Assembly: GCA_016303065.1 (NCBI GenBank)
Contig: JAEDMJ010000001.1
Coordinates: 24,835-88,834, forward strand
DNA length: 64,000 bases
DNA from: Clostridiales bacterium
GTDB taxonomy: Bacteria > Bacillota > Clostridia > Oscillospirales > QAMX01
Direction of reading: 5' to 3'
Below the pieces are notes generated by a model. It ran no database searches and was not told where the DNA came from. It saw nothing but the letters and a program-made list of their open reading frames with translations. This document shows, in pieces, positions 53,637 through 63,373 of this stretch (within the stretch, counting starts at the first letter, position 1; each line of letters starts with the position of its first letter). A program made the position numbers and the translations under genes.

Positions 53637-56600
53637 ATGCCTGTTTTCAGATGCTATGTCTCAAAAAAAGCCGCTTTCGGCTCTGAGCGCGCCTCGCTCT
53701 TCCGGGATCTGTCCGAGCTGCCCGGCGTCACATCCCTCAAAGAGGTTCTGATCTTCAACCGCTACGACGCCGAAGGAATTTCTTCCGAGATATACGAAGC
53801 CGCGAAGAAGACCGTCTTCGCCGAGCCGCCCTGCGACGACGTTTTCGACGGAAATCTTCCGGAATCCGCTCTGACCCAGCCCTGCCGTCTGCTTGCGGTG
53901 GAATCCCTTCCGGGACAGTTCGACCAGAGGGCGGATTCCTGTGCCTCCTGCATACAGCTCATGTCCGGCGGCGAAAGACCCGCCGTCGCTACCGCAAGGG
54001 TATACGTTTTCCGCGGAGAGCTTTCCGACGCAGAGTTTGACGCCTGCCGAAGCTGGCTTATCAACCCCGTGGAGTGCCGCGAAGCTTCAATGGAGCTGCC
54101 CGAAACCCTGAAGCCCGACTACGGCGCGCCGGAGAGCGTACCCGTGCTTGAGGGCTTCACCGGACTCGACGCCGAAGGTCTCCGCGCGGCAATCGACGGG
54201 TACGGTCTTGCCATGGACTTTGACGACATAACTTTCCTTCAGAGCTATTTCCGCAGCTCGGAACACCGTGACCCCACTCTTACGGAGCTCCGCGTGCTCG
54301 ACACCTACTGGTCCGACCACTGCCGCCACACGACCTTCTCCACAAGGCTTACCGACATAAAAATCGAGGACGAAACCGTCCGCGAAGCTTTTGAAGAATA
54401 CCTTTCCGCCCGCAGGGAGGTTTACGGCGACCGCGCCGAGACCCGCCCCATCACGCTGATGGACCTTGCCACCATCGGCGCAAAGACCCTCAAAAAGCGC
54501 GGGGTTCTCAAGAACCTCGACGAAAGCGAAGAGATAAACGCCTGCACGGTCAGGATCGAAGCCGACAACGGCGGAGAAAAAGAGCGCTGGCTGCTGCTTT
54601 TCAAAAACGAGACCCACAACCACCCCACCGAAATCGAGCCTTTCGGCGGTGCGGCGACCTGCCTCGGCGGCGCAATCCGCGACCCGCTCTCCGGACGGGC
54701 CTATGTCTATCAGGCGATGCGCGTCACCGGCAGCGGAGATCCCACGGGTTCCATCTCCGATACCCTCCCCGGAAAGCTGCCCCAGCGCCGCCTGACAAGG
54801 ACTGCCGCCAGAGGCTATTCCTCATACGGCAACCAGATCGGCCTTGCCACCGGGCTTGTGGACGAAATATACCATCCGGGCTATGTCGCAAAGCGCCTTG
54901 AGATCGGCGCCGTCGTCGGAGCGGCCCCCGAAGAAAACGTCGTCAGAAAAGTTCCGCAGCCCGGCGACATCGTCGTGGTCCTGGGCGGACGCACCGGACG
55001 CGACGGCTGCGGCGGAGCCACCGGCTCTTCAAAAAGCCACAGCGCCAAGTCCCTGGACGTCTGCGGAGCCGAGGTGCAGAAGGGAAACGCCCCCGAAGAG
55101 AGAAAGCTCCAGCGCCTCTTCCGCGACCCCAAGGTCACAAGACTTATCAAGCGCTGCAACGACTTCGGCGCCGGCGGCGTCTCCGTCGCGATCGGAGAGC
55201 TTGCTCCCGGACTTCGCATCAACCTCAACAAGCTTCCGAAAAAATACGAAGGCCTCACCGGGACCGAGCTTGCCATAAGCGAGTCCCAGGAGAGAATGGC
55301 CGTCGTCGTCGCCCCGGAGGACGTCGAAGCCGTCTGCGCCGCGGCGAACGCCGAAAACATTGAAGCCTCCGTTGTCGCCGAAGTCACCGGGATCCCCCGC
55401 CTTGTCATGGAGCTTGACGGACGGCGCATTGTCGACATCTCCCGCGAGTTTCTCGATTCCAACGGCGCGCCCAAGACCTCCGGAGTCTTCGTCCCCGACA
55501 CCGACGCGCCGGTCACGAACATAATGCCCGTCTGCGGCGGACCCGCCGCCCAGTTTGCCGCCGTCGAAGCCGATCTCTCCTGCTGCTCGCGCAGAGGCCT
55601 GGGAGAAATGTTCGACTCCACCATCGGCGCGGCAAGCGTGCTTTCGCCCTACGGCGGAAAGTACCAGCTCTCTCCCACCCAGTGCATGGCGGCGCTCCTT
55701 CCCTCCGACAGCGGCAAAATGAACACCTGCTCCGTCATGAGCTACGGCTTCGACCCCTATATTTCCGAACAGAATCCCTTCGCCGGGGCGGTAATGGCCG
55801 TCACCGAGTCGCTTGCAAAGCTGACCGCGTCCGGCGCAGACATAAACGACGCATATTTCACTTTCCAGGAATACTTCGAGCGTCTCCGCACCGACCCGAA
55901 GCGCTGGGGAAAGCCCTTTGCCGCGCTTCTCGGCGCACTCTCCGCCCAGCTCGGCTACGGCGTCGCCGCCATCGGCGGCAAGGACTCGATGTCCGGTTCT
56001 TTTGAAGATCTGGACGTTCCGCCGACACTCGTCTCCTTTGCCATTGCCCCCTGCGACGCAAGAAAAGTCATCTCCCCCGAGTTTAAAGCCGCCGGAAACT
56101 ATGTATGCCTGTTTGCCGCTCCCACCGACGGGAACTCAATGCCCGTCTACGACGCGGTCAAGCGCGGGTTTGCCCGCGTCCACAGCTATATCGCCGAAGG
56201 GCGCATCCTTTCCGCCTATGCACTGGGACGCGGCGGTCTCAACGAGGCGCTTCCGAAAATGGGCTTTGGCAACGGCATCGGCTTTGAGATCGACTCCTCC
56301 GTCGACGCATGGGAATTCGGAAAGACGAACTGCGGCGCGATCGTCGCCGAGGCTTCCGAACCCCTTCCCGGCTCCGTCGTCATCGGACGCACCATCTCCG
56401 AACCGGAGATCAGGCTCGGCAAGCTCGGCAGCGTGAAGCTCTCCGACGTCTCCGCCGCCTGGGAAGGGAAGCTTGAAAAGGTCTTCCCTACCAAAGCCCC
56501 CGCCGGCGGAGTTCTCGAAACGGTCTCCTTCGCCGAAAGAAACACCGCCCGTCCGATCCGCGGGCTCCGCCCCACGGCGGTCATTCCGGTCTTCCCCGGC

Positions 56601-57365
56601 ACCAACTGCGAATACGACACGGAGCGCGCCCTGCGCCTTGCCGGAGGCAGCGCAAAGCTCTGCCTCGTCAGAAACCTTACTCCGGCCGATCTTTCTGCGT
56701 CCGCCGAAGAGCTTCTCGCCGCCCTGTCCGACGCCCAGATGCTGATCTTCCCCGGCGGCTTCTCCGGAGGGGACGAACCGGACGGTTCCGGCAAATTCAT
56801 CGTCAGCTTCTTCCGCAACCCGCGCATCGCCGAGGCGGTCAACACCCTCCTCAACGTCCGCGGCGGACTTGCCCTTGGCATCTGCAACGGCTTCCAGGCG
56901 CTCATAAAGCTCGGACTCGTCCCCTTCGGCGAGATCCGCGACGCCGACGCCGCCTCCCCGACTCTCACGTTCAACGCGATCGGTTCCCACCGTTCCCGCT
57001 ATGTCACGACGCGCGTGGCTTCGGTCAAGTCGCCCTGGCTTGCAAAGTGCGAACTCGGCGAGCTCCACACCGTTCCGATTTCCCACGGCGAAGGCCGCTT
57101 CACCGCACAGCCGGAAGTCCTTGCAAAGCTCATCGCCAACGGCCAGGTCGCGTTCCAGTATGTCAACGCGGCGGGCGAACCGACGTACGACACCGACTGG
57201 AACCCGGCGGGTTCCCTCTGCGCCATCGAGGGCATCACCAGCCCCGACGGCAGAGTTCTCGGCAAAATGGCTCACACGGAGCGCCGCGGACCAAATGTCG
57301 GAATCAACATTCCGGGAAACAAGCACCAGCCGATTTTTGAAGCCGGCGTGGAGTACTTCCTCTGA
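53637..57365 (+). CDS. purL: Phosphoribosylformylglycinamidine synthase, single-chain (large PurL with glutaminase domain)
   Basis: 1242 aa. N-terminal PurS-like region, AIR-synthase-related domains, and C-terminal class-I glutamine amidotransferase. GGACGGGAAG ribosome-binding site. Confidence 0.92.
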   Translation: MPVFRCYVSKKAAFGSERASLFRDLSELPGVTSLKEVLIFNRYDAEGISSEIYEAAKKTVFAEPPCDDVFDGNLPESALTQPCRLLAVESLPGQFDQRADSCASCIQLMSGGERPAVATARVYVFRGELSDAEFDACRSWLINPVECREASMELPETLKPDYGAPESVPVLEGFTGLDAEGLRAAIDGYGLAMDFDDITFLQSYFRSSEHRDPTLTELRVLDTYWSDHCRHTTFSTRLTDIKIEDETVREAFEEYLSARREVYGDRAETRPITLMDLATIGAKTLKKRGVLKNLDESEEINACTVRIEADNGGEKERWLLLFKNETHNHPTEIEPFGGAATCLGGAIRDPLSGRAYVYQAMRVTGSGDPTGSISDTLPGKLPQRRLTRTAARGYSSYGNQIGLATGLVDEIYHPGYVAKRLEIGAVVGAAPEENVVRKVPQPGDIVVVLGGRTGRDGCGGATGSSKSHSAKSLDVCGAEVQKGNAPEERKLQRLFRDPKVTRLIKRCNDFGAGGVSVAIGELAPGLRINLNKLPKKYEGLTGTELAISESQERMAVVVAPEDVEAVCAAANAENIEASVVAEVTGIPRLVMELDGRRIVDISREFLDSNGAPKTSGVFVPDTDAPVTNIMPVCGGPAAQFAAVEADLSCCSRRGLGEMFDSTIGAASVLSPYGGKYQLSPTQCMAALLPSDSGKMNTCSVMSYGFDPYISEQNPFAGAVMAVTESLAKLTASGADINDAYFTFQEYFERLRTDPKRWGKPFAALLGALSAQLGYGVAAIGGKDSMSGSFEDLDVPPTLVSFAIAPCDARKVISPEFKAAGNYVCLFAAPTDGNSMPVYDAVKRGFARVHSYIAEGRILSAYALGRGGLNEALPKMGFGNGIGFEIDSSVDAWEFGKTNCGAIVAEASEPLPGSVVIGRTISEPEIRLGKLGSVKLSDVSAAWEGKLEKVFPTKAPAGGVLETVSFAERNTARPIRGLRPTAVIPVFPGTNCEYDTERALRLAGGSAKLCLVRNLTPADLSASAEELLAALSDAQMLIFPGGFSGGDEPDGSGKFIVSFFRNPRIAEAVNTLLNVRGGLALGICNGFQALIKLGLVPFGEIRDADAASPTLTFNAIGSHRSRYVTTRVASVKSPWLAKCELGELHTVPISHGEGRFTAQPEVLAKLIANGQVAFQYVNAAGEPTYDTDWNPAGSLCAIEGITSPDGRVLGKMAHTERRGPNVGINIPGNKHQPIFEAGVEYFL

Positions 57366-57521
57366 TAAAACATAAGCAATATCACCATTTCGCATTAAAC
57401 GGCATGACTTCGGTCATGCCGTTTACTTGTATACCGAAAAAAAGCGCAGCCGGATCTTTGTCCGGTGCGCTTTTAAGGGACGTTCAGCCATGGCGCGGTG
57501 CATCTGACTTCCGATTACGTT

Positions 57522-59237
57522 CTACTGTGATACAGTGAACAGAGCATAGAAGTAGCCTTTTCTCTGCATGAGTTCGTCAAATCCGCCCGTTTCGGCAATA
57601 CGCCCGTCTTTCAGCACGAAAATGCCGTCATAGCGGCGGAGCAAGGATTCCTCCAAAGTGTGCGTCACAATGATGCGGGTCATACCCTGCAGATCGAGTA
57701 TGTCGCTTGTGACCTGATGCGCCGTCTGCGCGTCCAACGCTGCCGTGATCTCATCAGCCAGCAGGACGGAGGACTTTTTCAACAGGCTTCTGGCAATCGA
57801 TATGCGCTGCTTTTCGCCTCCGGAAAGCCCGCGGCCCCCCTCGCCGCAGAGACAGTTGTCTCCGCGCTCTGTTATCAGACCTGTCAGGCGGGCCCGCCGT
57901 ATAGCCTCATCAATTTCCTCCTGCGGAAAGTCATGGAACATTGAGACATTGTCTTTTATGGACGCATTGAACACAAACACATTCTGCAAAACGACCGAAA
58001 GCATATCATACAGGGATTCCGGAGCAATACGGCGAAGCTCCGTTCCGTCCAGCAAAATATTGCCCGTATAATCCGTGCTTCCGCCCGTCAGCAGATGGAG
58101 CAGCGTAGACTTTCCGCTGCCGCTTCCGCCCACAACGGCGTATGCCTTTCCGGCCTCAAAAACGGCGTTGATTTCGTGCAGAACCTTCTTTTCTTGCCCA
58201 TAACCAAATGAAACGTTTTCAAGGCGAATTTCATGTTCCAGTGCCGAAAGCTCCTCTCCGCCGCAGTCTGACGAATTCTTTTCCAGTTCCAATGCCAGCC
58301 TGTCGATCAGTCCCAACGCCGCCCTGCGCGCGGCCAGAAGTCCTGGCAGCTCGGCAATAGGCTGTATTATAAAGTTCATCAGATTCACAAAGAGAATCAC
58401 AACTCCCGAAGTCAGCCCATAGCCGGACAGAGCAAGGTATGCGCCGATAAGGAACACGCCAAGCTGCGCAAAAATTCCGGCTATGGCGCCGATCATGCCG
58501 ACAATGGTTTTGATTCTGCGCCTTCCGAACTTTTCCCCCTCCAGCGCACGGTTGCTTTCGGCAAACAGCTTAAAGATCTCCTTTTCCGCTTTGAAGCTCT
58601 TGACAACCGCAAATCCGCTCAGACAATCATGCAGAGCGGCAGTAAAGTCCCGGTTTCGGTCAGATACCCGCTTCTCTGCCGCCTGTAATCTGTTCCCCGT
58701 AAGAAGGGAAGCGGCGAGAGGAAAAATCGTAACGCCGACGGCAATGGCAGTCATCAGCGGCGAGTACCACAGCATCATTGCAAGGGCACCTATAAACATC
58801 ACTGCCTGCGTGATAAGGGAAAGCTGCTTTTCAAGATAGTTTTCCTCTATGCTGACCGCATCGTTGGTCAGGGCCGAAAGATAAACTGCCGTGCTTTCAT
58901 CCCGGAAAGACGAAATCTTCTTTTCGGTGAGCTTTTGAAATGCGAAATCTTTATATTGCCGCATGGCCCGCTCAATATAGCGGGGATGTGAAACATAGTT
59001 CAGCAGATACGCCGTCATGTACAGAAGCACAAAAGCGCCGCTGATTTTGGCAAGCGTTCCAATAGGTAATGCGCCCGGAACACCGGACGCGGCGTCAATC
59101 AGCTGCTGCATGATCCATGAAATGCTCAGACCGAGCGCGCCGGAAAACAGCGCCGTGAAAACGGCAATACAGAAAACGGGAATGTTGCGGCTGTAAAACT
59201 GCGCTGCAAGCTGTTTTTTTAACGACTTATTTCTCAT
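57522..59237 (-). CDS. ABC exporter, fused permease-ATPase (type I exporter)
   Basis: Six N-terminal TM helices, Walker A GGSGSGKST, signature LSGGEKQRISIAR, Walker B LLADEITAALD. No C39 peptidase domain. 571 aa. Confidence 0.88.
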   Translation of the reverse strand: MRNKSLKKQLAAQFYSRNIPVFCIAVFTALFSGALGLSISWIMQQLIDAASGVPGALPIGTLAKISGAFVLLYMTAYLLNYVSHPRYIERAMRQYKDFAFQKLTEKKISSFRDESTAVYLSALTNDAVSIEENYLEKQLSLITQAVMFIGALAMMLWYSPLMTAIAVGVTIFPLAASLLTGNRLQAAEKRVSDRNRDFTAALHDCLSGFAVVKSFKAEKEIFKLFAESNRALEGEKFGRRRIKTIVGMIGAIAGIFAQLGVFLIGAYLALSGYGLTSGVVILFVNLMNFIIQPIAELPGLLAARRAALGLIDRLALELEKNSSDCGGEELSALEHEIRLENVSFGYGQEKKVLHEINAVFEAGKAYAVVGGSGSGKSTLLHLLTGGSTDYTGNILLDGTELRRIAPESLYDMLSVVLQNVFVFNASIKDNVSMFHDFPQEEIDEAIRRARLTGLITERGDNCLCGEGGRGLSGGEKQRISIARSLLKKSSVLLADEITAALDAQTAHQVTSDILDLQGMTRIIVTHTLEESLLRRYDGIFVLKDGRIAETGGFDELMQRKGYFYALFTVSQ

Positions 59238-60303
59238 GTTCCGTCAACGCCTTCCACATAGCGGTCAGCGCATCATCTCCAATGGAACGGAGAGCGTTTT
59301 GTATACTCATTCTTCCCGTTTCACCGAGATCGTCATATGCGCTGGCCTGTTTGGCGTAAGCTGCGAAACGAACCGCTCCCACGTCGTAATCGGGCGCTGC
59401 GTCAAAACATTCCGCAAGCTCTTTGGCATAACGCAGAGAGCGGCGGGCGGCATCATTGTCACCGGATTTTATCTGTGCGTAAGCGAGGCACACAAAAAAT
59501 ACACTGTTCATCTTGTCAAGAAAGCTGGGTTTCTCCCCGTCTCTTAAACCGGAAAGCACATCCGTGCCCCAAAGCAGGATCGACCTTGCCGAAGCGTAGT
59601 CCTTTTGGCTGAAAAACACATTGACATATCCCGTAACGGTGCGGATGAAAACCGCGGTGCTTCTCAGCAGGGCTTCCGCCAGAAATGGCAGCGCCTCATT
59701 TGGACGATTGCAGTTGGAAACAAGCGTCAAGCCAATCAGGTCATTGTAAATACCGCCCGCGTTGTGTTTCCGCAGAAGTTCCACAGCCTGCTCTCCCTCG
59801 TCCATGGCAAGATATGCTTCCGCCATGTTGCCGTAAATGGTAAGCTCGCTGATTTCAGGCTCTGTGTTCTGCGGCAAAAGCAAAATTGCATAATCCATCA
59901 GCTCCAAAGCCCGGTGCAGCAGCGCCTTTTCCTGACTTTCCAAACCAAACACACAGTATAGAGTGGCGCTGTTGTAAACAACGTCAAATGCGTTGGGATA
60001 TTTTTTCAATGCCTTTTCCGCTTCCCCGAGGCCTTCCCGATCTTTGTCGTGACGGTATTTTTTCAGCCTGTCCACAGTTGCCTTCAGATGATTGTTCTTC
60101 ATCTCATATCCCAGCAGCACATCCACCGACGTGTCAAAAAAATCTGCCATCGCCATAATCATGGACAATTCCGGCTGGGACAGCTTTGCTTCCCATTTGT
60201 AAACTGCGCCAACCGTTACGCCCAGCACTTCGGCAAGCTGCTCCTGCGTCAGTGACCTCTGTTTTCTTAATTTGCGTATGTTTTCCGCAAGTCTGATCTC
60301 CAT
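59227..60303 (-). CDS. XRE-family HTH transcriptional regulator with C-terminal TPR-like domain (RRNPP-like architecture)
   Basis: N-terminal HTH_3 (IRKLRKQRSLTQEQLAEVLGVTVGAVYKWE), then about 280 aa of helical repeat. Start at the ATG 60301..60303 with AAGGAG 9 nt upstream. 11-nt overlap with the ABC exporter start. Confidence 0.8.
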   Translation of the reverse strand: MEIRLAENIRKLRKQRSLTQEQLAEVLGVTVGAVYKWEAKLSQPELSMIMAMADFFDTSVDVLLGYEMKNNHLKATVDRLKKYRHDKDREGLGEAEKALKKYPNAFDVVYNSATLYCVFGLESQEKALLHRALELMDYAILLLPQNTEPEISELTIYGNMAEAYLAMDEGEQAVELLRKHNAGGIYNDLIGLTLVSNCNRPNEALPFLAEALLRSTAVFIRTVTGYVNVFFSQKDYASARSILLWGTDVLSGLRDGEKPSFLDKMNSVFFVCLAYAQIKSGDNDAARRSLRYAKELAECFDAAPDYDVGAVRFAAYAKQASAYDDLGETGRMSIQNALRSIGDDALTAMWKALTEHEK

Positions 60304-60334
60304 GTGGTTTTCTCCTTTCGGTTTTCGCACTTAT

Positions 60335-60363
60335 ATTGTAGCAGAAAACACGCCAAAATGAAG
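60335..60363 (-). promoter_or_regulatory. Promoter of the XRE/TPR regulator-ABC exporter operon (extended -10)
   Basis: On the minus strand: TCTTCA, 17-nt spacer, TGcTACAAT. Confidence 0.4.
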
Positions 60364-60544
60364 ACACCGGCAATACTGATCAGATTTATTTTTTTATACC
60401 ATTGGTATGTGTTTTGCTTTTGGCGCAGCGCCTTTCTTTTGAACCGCGCGGCTGCCGCGCGGTTTTCGGCGCACAACAAAAATGCGCCGGAAAGCTCCCG
60501 CAGGAGACTTCCGGCGATTTTATTCTCAATTTGCTCTAAAAAAC

Positions 60545-62068
60545 TCAGAACAGAAAGCTCCAAAGCCCCGCAGCCGCGGCCGCGCAGCCGATGATAAACC
60601 AGATGTGTATAACCGTGATGCTCCCGAAGGCGGTCGCAAAGCCGCTGTGCCTGAACAGGTCGAGCCGCTCTTTTTTCAGATAATGCCACCAAATCGTCAG
60701 CAGTTCGTAATACAGGGTATACGCCGCGGCAAGCGTCCACAGCGGGAGCTCCTTTCCGAGCAGCAGCGACGCCGCCACAGCCGCGGCGGTGCACAGAGCC
60801 GCTGTCCCGGCCGCGGCACCTCCGAGAAATCCCAAAGACCGGTCCGCAAACAGCTTTTTGGCCAACAGAAACACCGGGACACCCAGGGCAAGCAGGGCGG
60901 CAGTTTCTCCGCTTCCCCCAAACACGAGCGCCAGCGGAAGCCATGCGTATACCAGCGCCAGCAGAAAATCCTCTCCGGCATACATCATGCGCATCAGAAT
61001 GCCCGGCCGCTCTTCCGTCGAGGTTTCAAGCTCGGCAAGGTATTTTTTTTCGCTTATAAAATCGAAGGTACGGAGCTTTTCGAGAGCCGGACGCCAGATC
61101 GGCCCCTTGTCAAACCTGCGTTCAAGCGCAAAGTGACAGACGGCAACGGCGATCCATGCGCAGGCGGCCCCGACCGAAAGCACGGGCGGAAGCTCCGGCG
61201 CAGGAACAGCGCCTTTTTCAAATCCAAACACTCCGTAAAACGCCCACAGCCCGCCGAGCATTCCGGCTCCGCCCGCAAATCCGATTGCGCATTCCATGGC
61301 TTTCCAGCCCTCAAGATACCTTCCCAGCCTGCCCAAAAACGGACGGCCCGAAGCGGTCTCCTTAAACCTGCGGTGAATCATGTTCCCGAAAAACCAGCCC
61401 ACCGCCGCACCCGCTCCCGCGGCAAGGGACACGCACAGGGCCAGCCATTCGAGCCTAAGCGCCATGTACCAGATAAGCCCGGCGGAAACGCAAAGATACC
61501 CTCCCCAGACCTCCGGTCGGGTAATCGAAAAATAGATTTTGGGATAAATGCCGCGGCGCGGCTCATGGGGACGGTTCAGAAGCCAGATCCCGAAGCTTCT
61601 CAAAAGCATCGACCCCGCCGCCACAAGACAAATCTCCCATCCCGCGATCCGGTTTCCGCAGAAAACCGAGAGTCCGAGCATTATGTACGCCGCCGCACAC
61701 TGAAACCAGAGAAAGCCCTTGAGCGCCAGCCCAAGCTGTCCCCGCCAGAAAGAAAGCGCACCTCCCCGGTGAGCAAGGCCGATGGTCTGACCGTAAGTCA
61801 TCTCTCCTCCCGGGAACATCGCCGCCGCGCCGACGCCGGCAAGGATCACGGCGTTTTCCGCCGCGTTATCGATTCCGAGCGTCTCCGCCGCCGCCGCGGT
61901 AAAGAGTCCAAGCATCGCTCCGGGCAGCATCGCGCCGCTTCCGTGACCGATCGGAGTGCCTCTCATACCCCAGGCATACGAGAGTCCGAGGGCACAGCAT
62001 AAAAGCAGAACAATCATCTCTCCATACCTCCGAATATTTTCAGGAACAGTACAGAGGCTATAATACAT
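60545..62068 (-). CDS. Hypothetical polytopic membrane protein (about 12-14 TM helices; Gly/Ala/Trp-rich), 507 aa
   Basis: Strongly hydrophobic helices throughout and high GC3. Followed on the minus strand by a hairpin/T-run terminator at 60480..60530. Start may be the internal ATG (MIVLLL...). The equal-length plus-strand ORF is an R/K/Q-rich antisense shadow. Confidence 0.6.
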   Translation of the reverse strand: MYYSLCTVPENIRRYGEMIVLLLCCALGLSYAWGMRGTPIGHGSGAMLPGAMLGLFTAAAAETLGIDNAAENAVILAGVGAAAMFPGGEMTYGQTIGLAHRGGALSFWRGQLGLALKGFLWFQCAAAYIMLGLSVFCGNRIAGWEICLVAAGSMLLRSFGIWLLNRPHEPRRGIYPKIYFSITRPEVWGGYLCVSAGLIWYMALRLEWLALCVSLAAGAGAAVGWFFGNMIHRRFKETASGRPFLGRLGRYLEGWKAMECAIGFAGGAGMLGGLWAFYGVFGFEKGAVPAPELPPVLSVGAACAWIAVAVCHFALERRFDKGPIWRPALEKLRTFDFISEKKYLAELETSTEERPGILMRMMYAGEDFLLALVYAWLPLALVFGGSGETAALLALGVPVFLLAKKLFADRSLGFLGGAAAGTAALCTAAAVAASLLLGKELPLWTLAAAYTLYYELLTIWWHYLKKERLDLFRHSGFATAFGSITVIHIWFIIGCAAAAAGLWSFLF

Positions 62069-62269
62069 TAAAACCCGAAATCTGTCAACGCCGGCTTTGT
62101 GCCGTTCTTTTTTCCCCTACGCCGCTTTTTCCGGCGTTTTTGACGTTCCATTTTGCTTTTTCCGACCGTTTATTCTTCACTTTGCGCCGATGTCACTTGA
62201 TTTACAACGAGAAAAGTGATATTATAATATCCTCTATAAGCATAAAACCCGAAAGGCGGATTCAAACGC

Positions 62270-63289
62270 ATGGAAAATCCCAGCCCCAATCTTCCCGATC
62301 TTCGCTCCGAACGCAGATACGCCTCAAAAGTCGGCTTCGCCCTTTTGGTCTACGCGCTGGCAAGTCTCGGTCTTCAGTATGCGGCCCAGATGATCATCAT
62401 GAATCATTCGCCCGCGCTTTTGGATAACTCTTTCGCATATTACGCCGCGCTGCTTCTCCCGACTTATATTCTCGGAACGCCCGTCTGCGCCTTTGTCATG
62501 CGCCTTGCCCCTGCGGCGCCTCCCGAAAAGAAAAAAATGCGTCCGTCGCAGTTTTTCGTTGCTCTTTTGATGTGCATGACTCTGCTCTATGCCGGAAACC
62601 TTTTGGGAAACACCTTCGGAACCCTTGCCGACAGATTGTTCGGCGGTTCAAGCGGCATTTCCGAACTCATTGCCGACGCCGATCCCCTTGCGAACATTAT
62701 TTTCGTCGTGATTCTCGCGCCGGTCGTCGAAGAGCTGATCTTCAGAAAATTCATTGTCGACCGCTTCCGCCGCTACGGCGAAGCCATTGCGGTCGTCTCA
62801 TCCGGACTTCTCTTCGGCCTTTTCCACGGAAATTTCTACCAGTTTTTCTATGCGGCTCTGCTCGGAATGTTCTTCGCTTTCATCTATGCCAAGACCGGGC
62901 GGATACGCCTTACAGTGATTCTCCACATGATAATCAATTTTTTCGGCGGCGTGGTCAGCACCTGGATCGTCGACAACTGCTACGAAGGCTATGAAGCGCT
63001 GATGGAGATAATTCCTTCCCTCGACCCTTCCCAGATCACCGATGAACTGATGGCCGAAATCATCACCTATCTGCCTTCGCTAACCATTCTTTCGGCTTAC
63101 AGCACGCTCATTCTCGGCGCGGCTGTCGCCGGATTCGTCCTTTTTATCGTAAAACGAAGAAAGTTCAAATTCTCTCCCGGCCCGGTCAGCCTCGAAAGCG
63201 ACACCTTCTCCGTAACCTGGGTGAACGCAGGCGTAATTCTCTTCACGGTGTTTTGTGCAGTCCTCTTTGCACTGAACCTGACCGCATGA
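62270..63289 (+). CDS. CPBP-family intramembrane glutamic endopeptidase (CAAX protease / Abi-like)
   Basis: Motif 1 EELIFR, motif 2 FGLFH, motif 3 HMIINF within TM helices. 339 aa. Confidence 0.82.
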   Translation: MENPSPNLPDLRSERRYASKVGFALLVYALASLGLQYAAQMIIMNHSPALLDNSFAYYAALLLPTYILGTPVCAFVMRLAPAAPPEKKKMRPSQFFVALLMCMTLLYAGNLLGNTFGTLADRLFGGSSGISELIADADPLANIIFVVILAPVVEELIFRKFIVDRFRRYGEAIAVVSSGLLFGLFHGNFYQFFYAALLGMFFAFIYAKTGRIRLTVILHMIINFFGGVVSTWIVDNCYEGYEALMEIIPSLDPSQITDELMAEIITYLPSLTILSAYSTLILGAAVAGFVLFIVKRRKFKFSPGPVSLESDTFSVTWVNAGVILFTVFCAVLFALNLTA

Positions 63290-63373
63290 CAAATTCCATT
63301 GACAAAGCCCCGGCTTTGTGATAGACTAAATTCAAGATCATATCGAAATCAATTTACGGAGGAGCTGAAAAAC

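Noticed and set aside
56136-57395. 419-aa minus-strand ORF inside purL (and other minus-strand ORFs within 53762..57265)
   Set aside because: Antisense to purL.
60358-60594. 79-aa plus-strand ORF (MKTPAILIRFIFLYHWYVFCFW...) considered as a possible signalling pro-peptide for the RRNPP-like regulator
   Set aside because: No ribosome-binding site. It reads straight through two terminator hairpins and overlaps the 3' end of the membrane-protein gene. It is more likely fortuitous.
60482-62002. 506-aa plus-strand ORF mirroring the 507-aa membrane-protein gene
   Set aside because: Extremely R/K/Q/P-rich low-complexity translation, which is the classic antisense product of a Gly/Ala/Leu-rich membrane gene. 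The minus-strand translation gives a coherent polytopic membrane protein with high GC3 and a downstream terminator.
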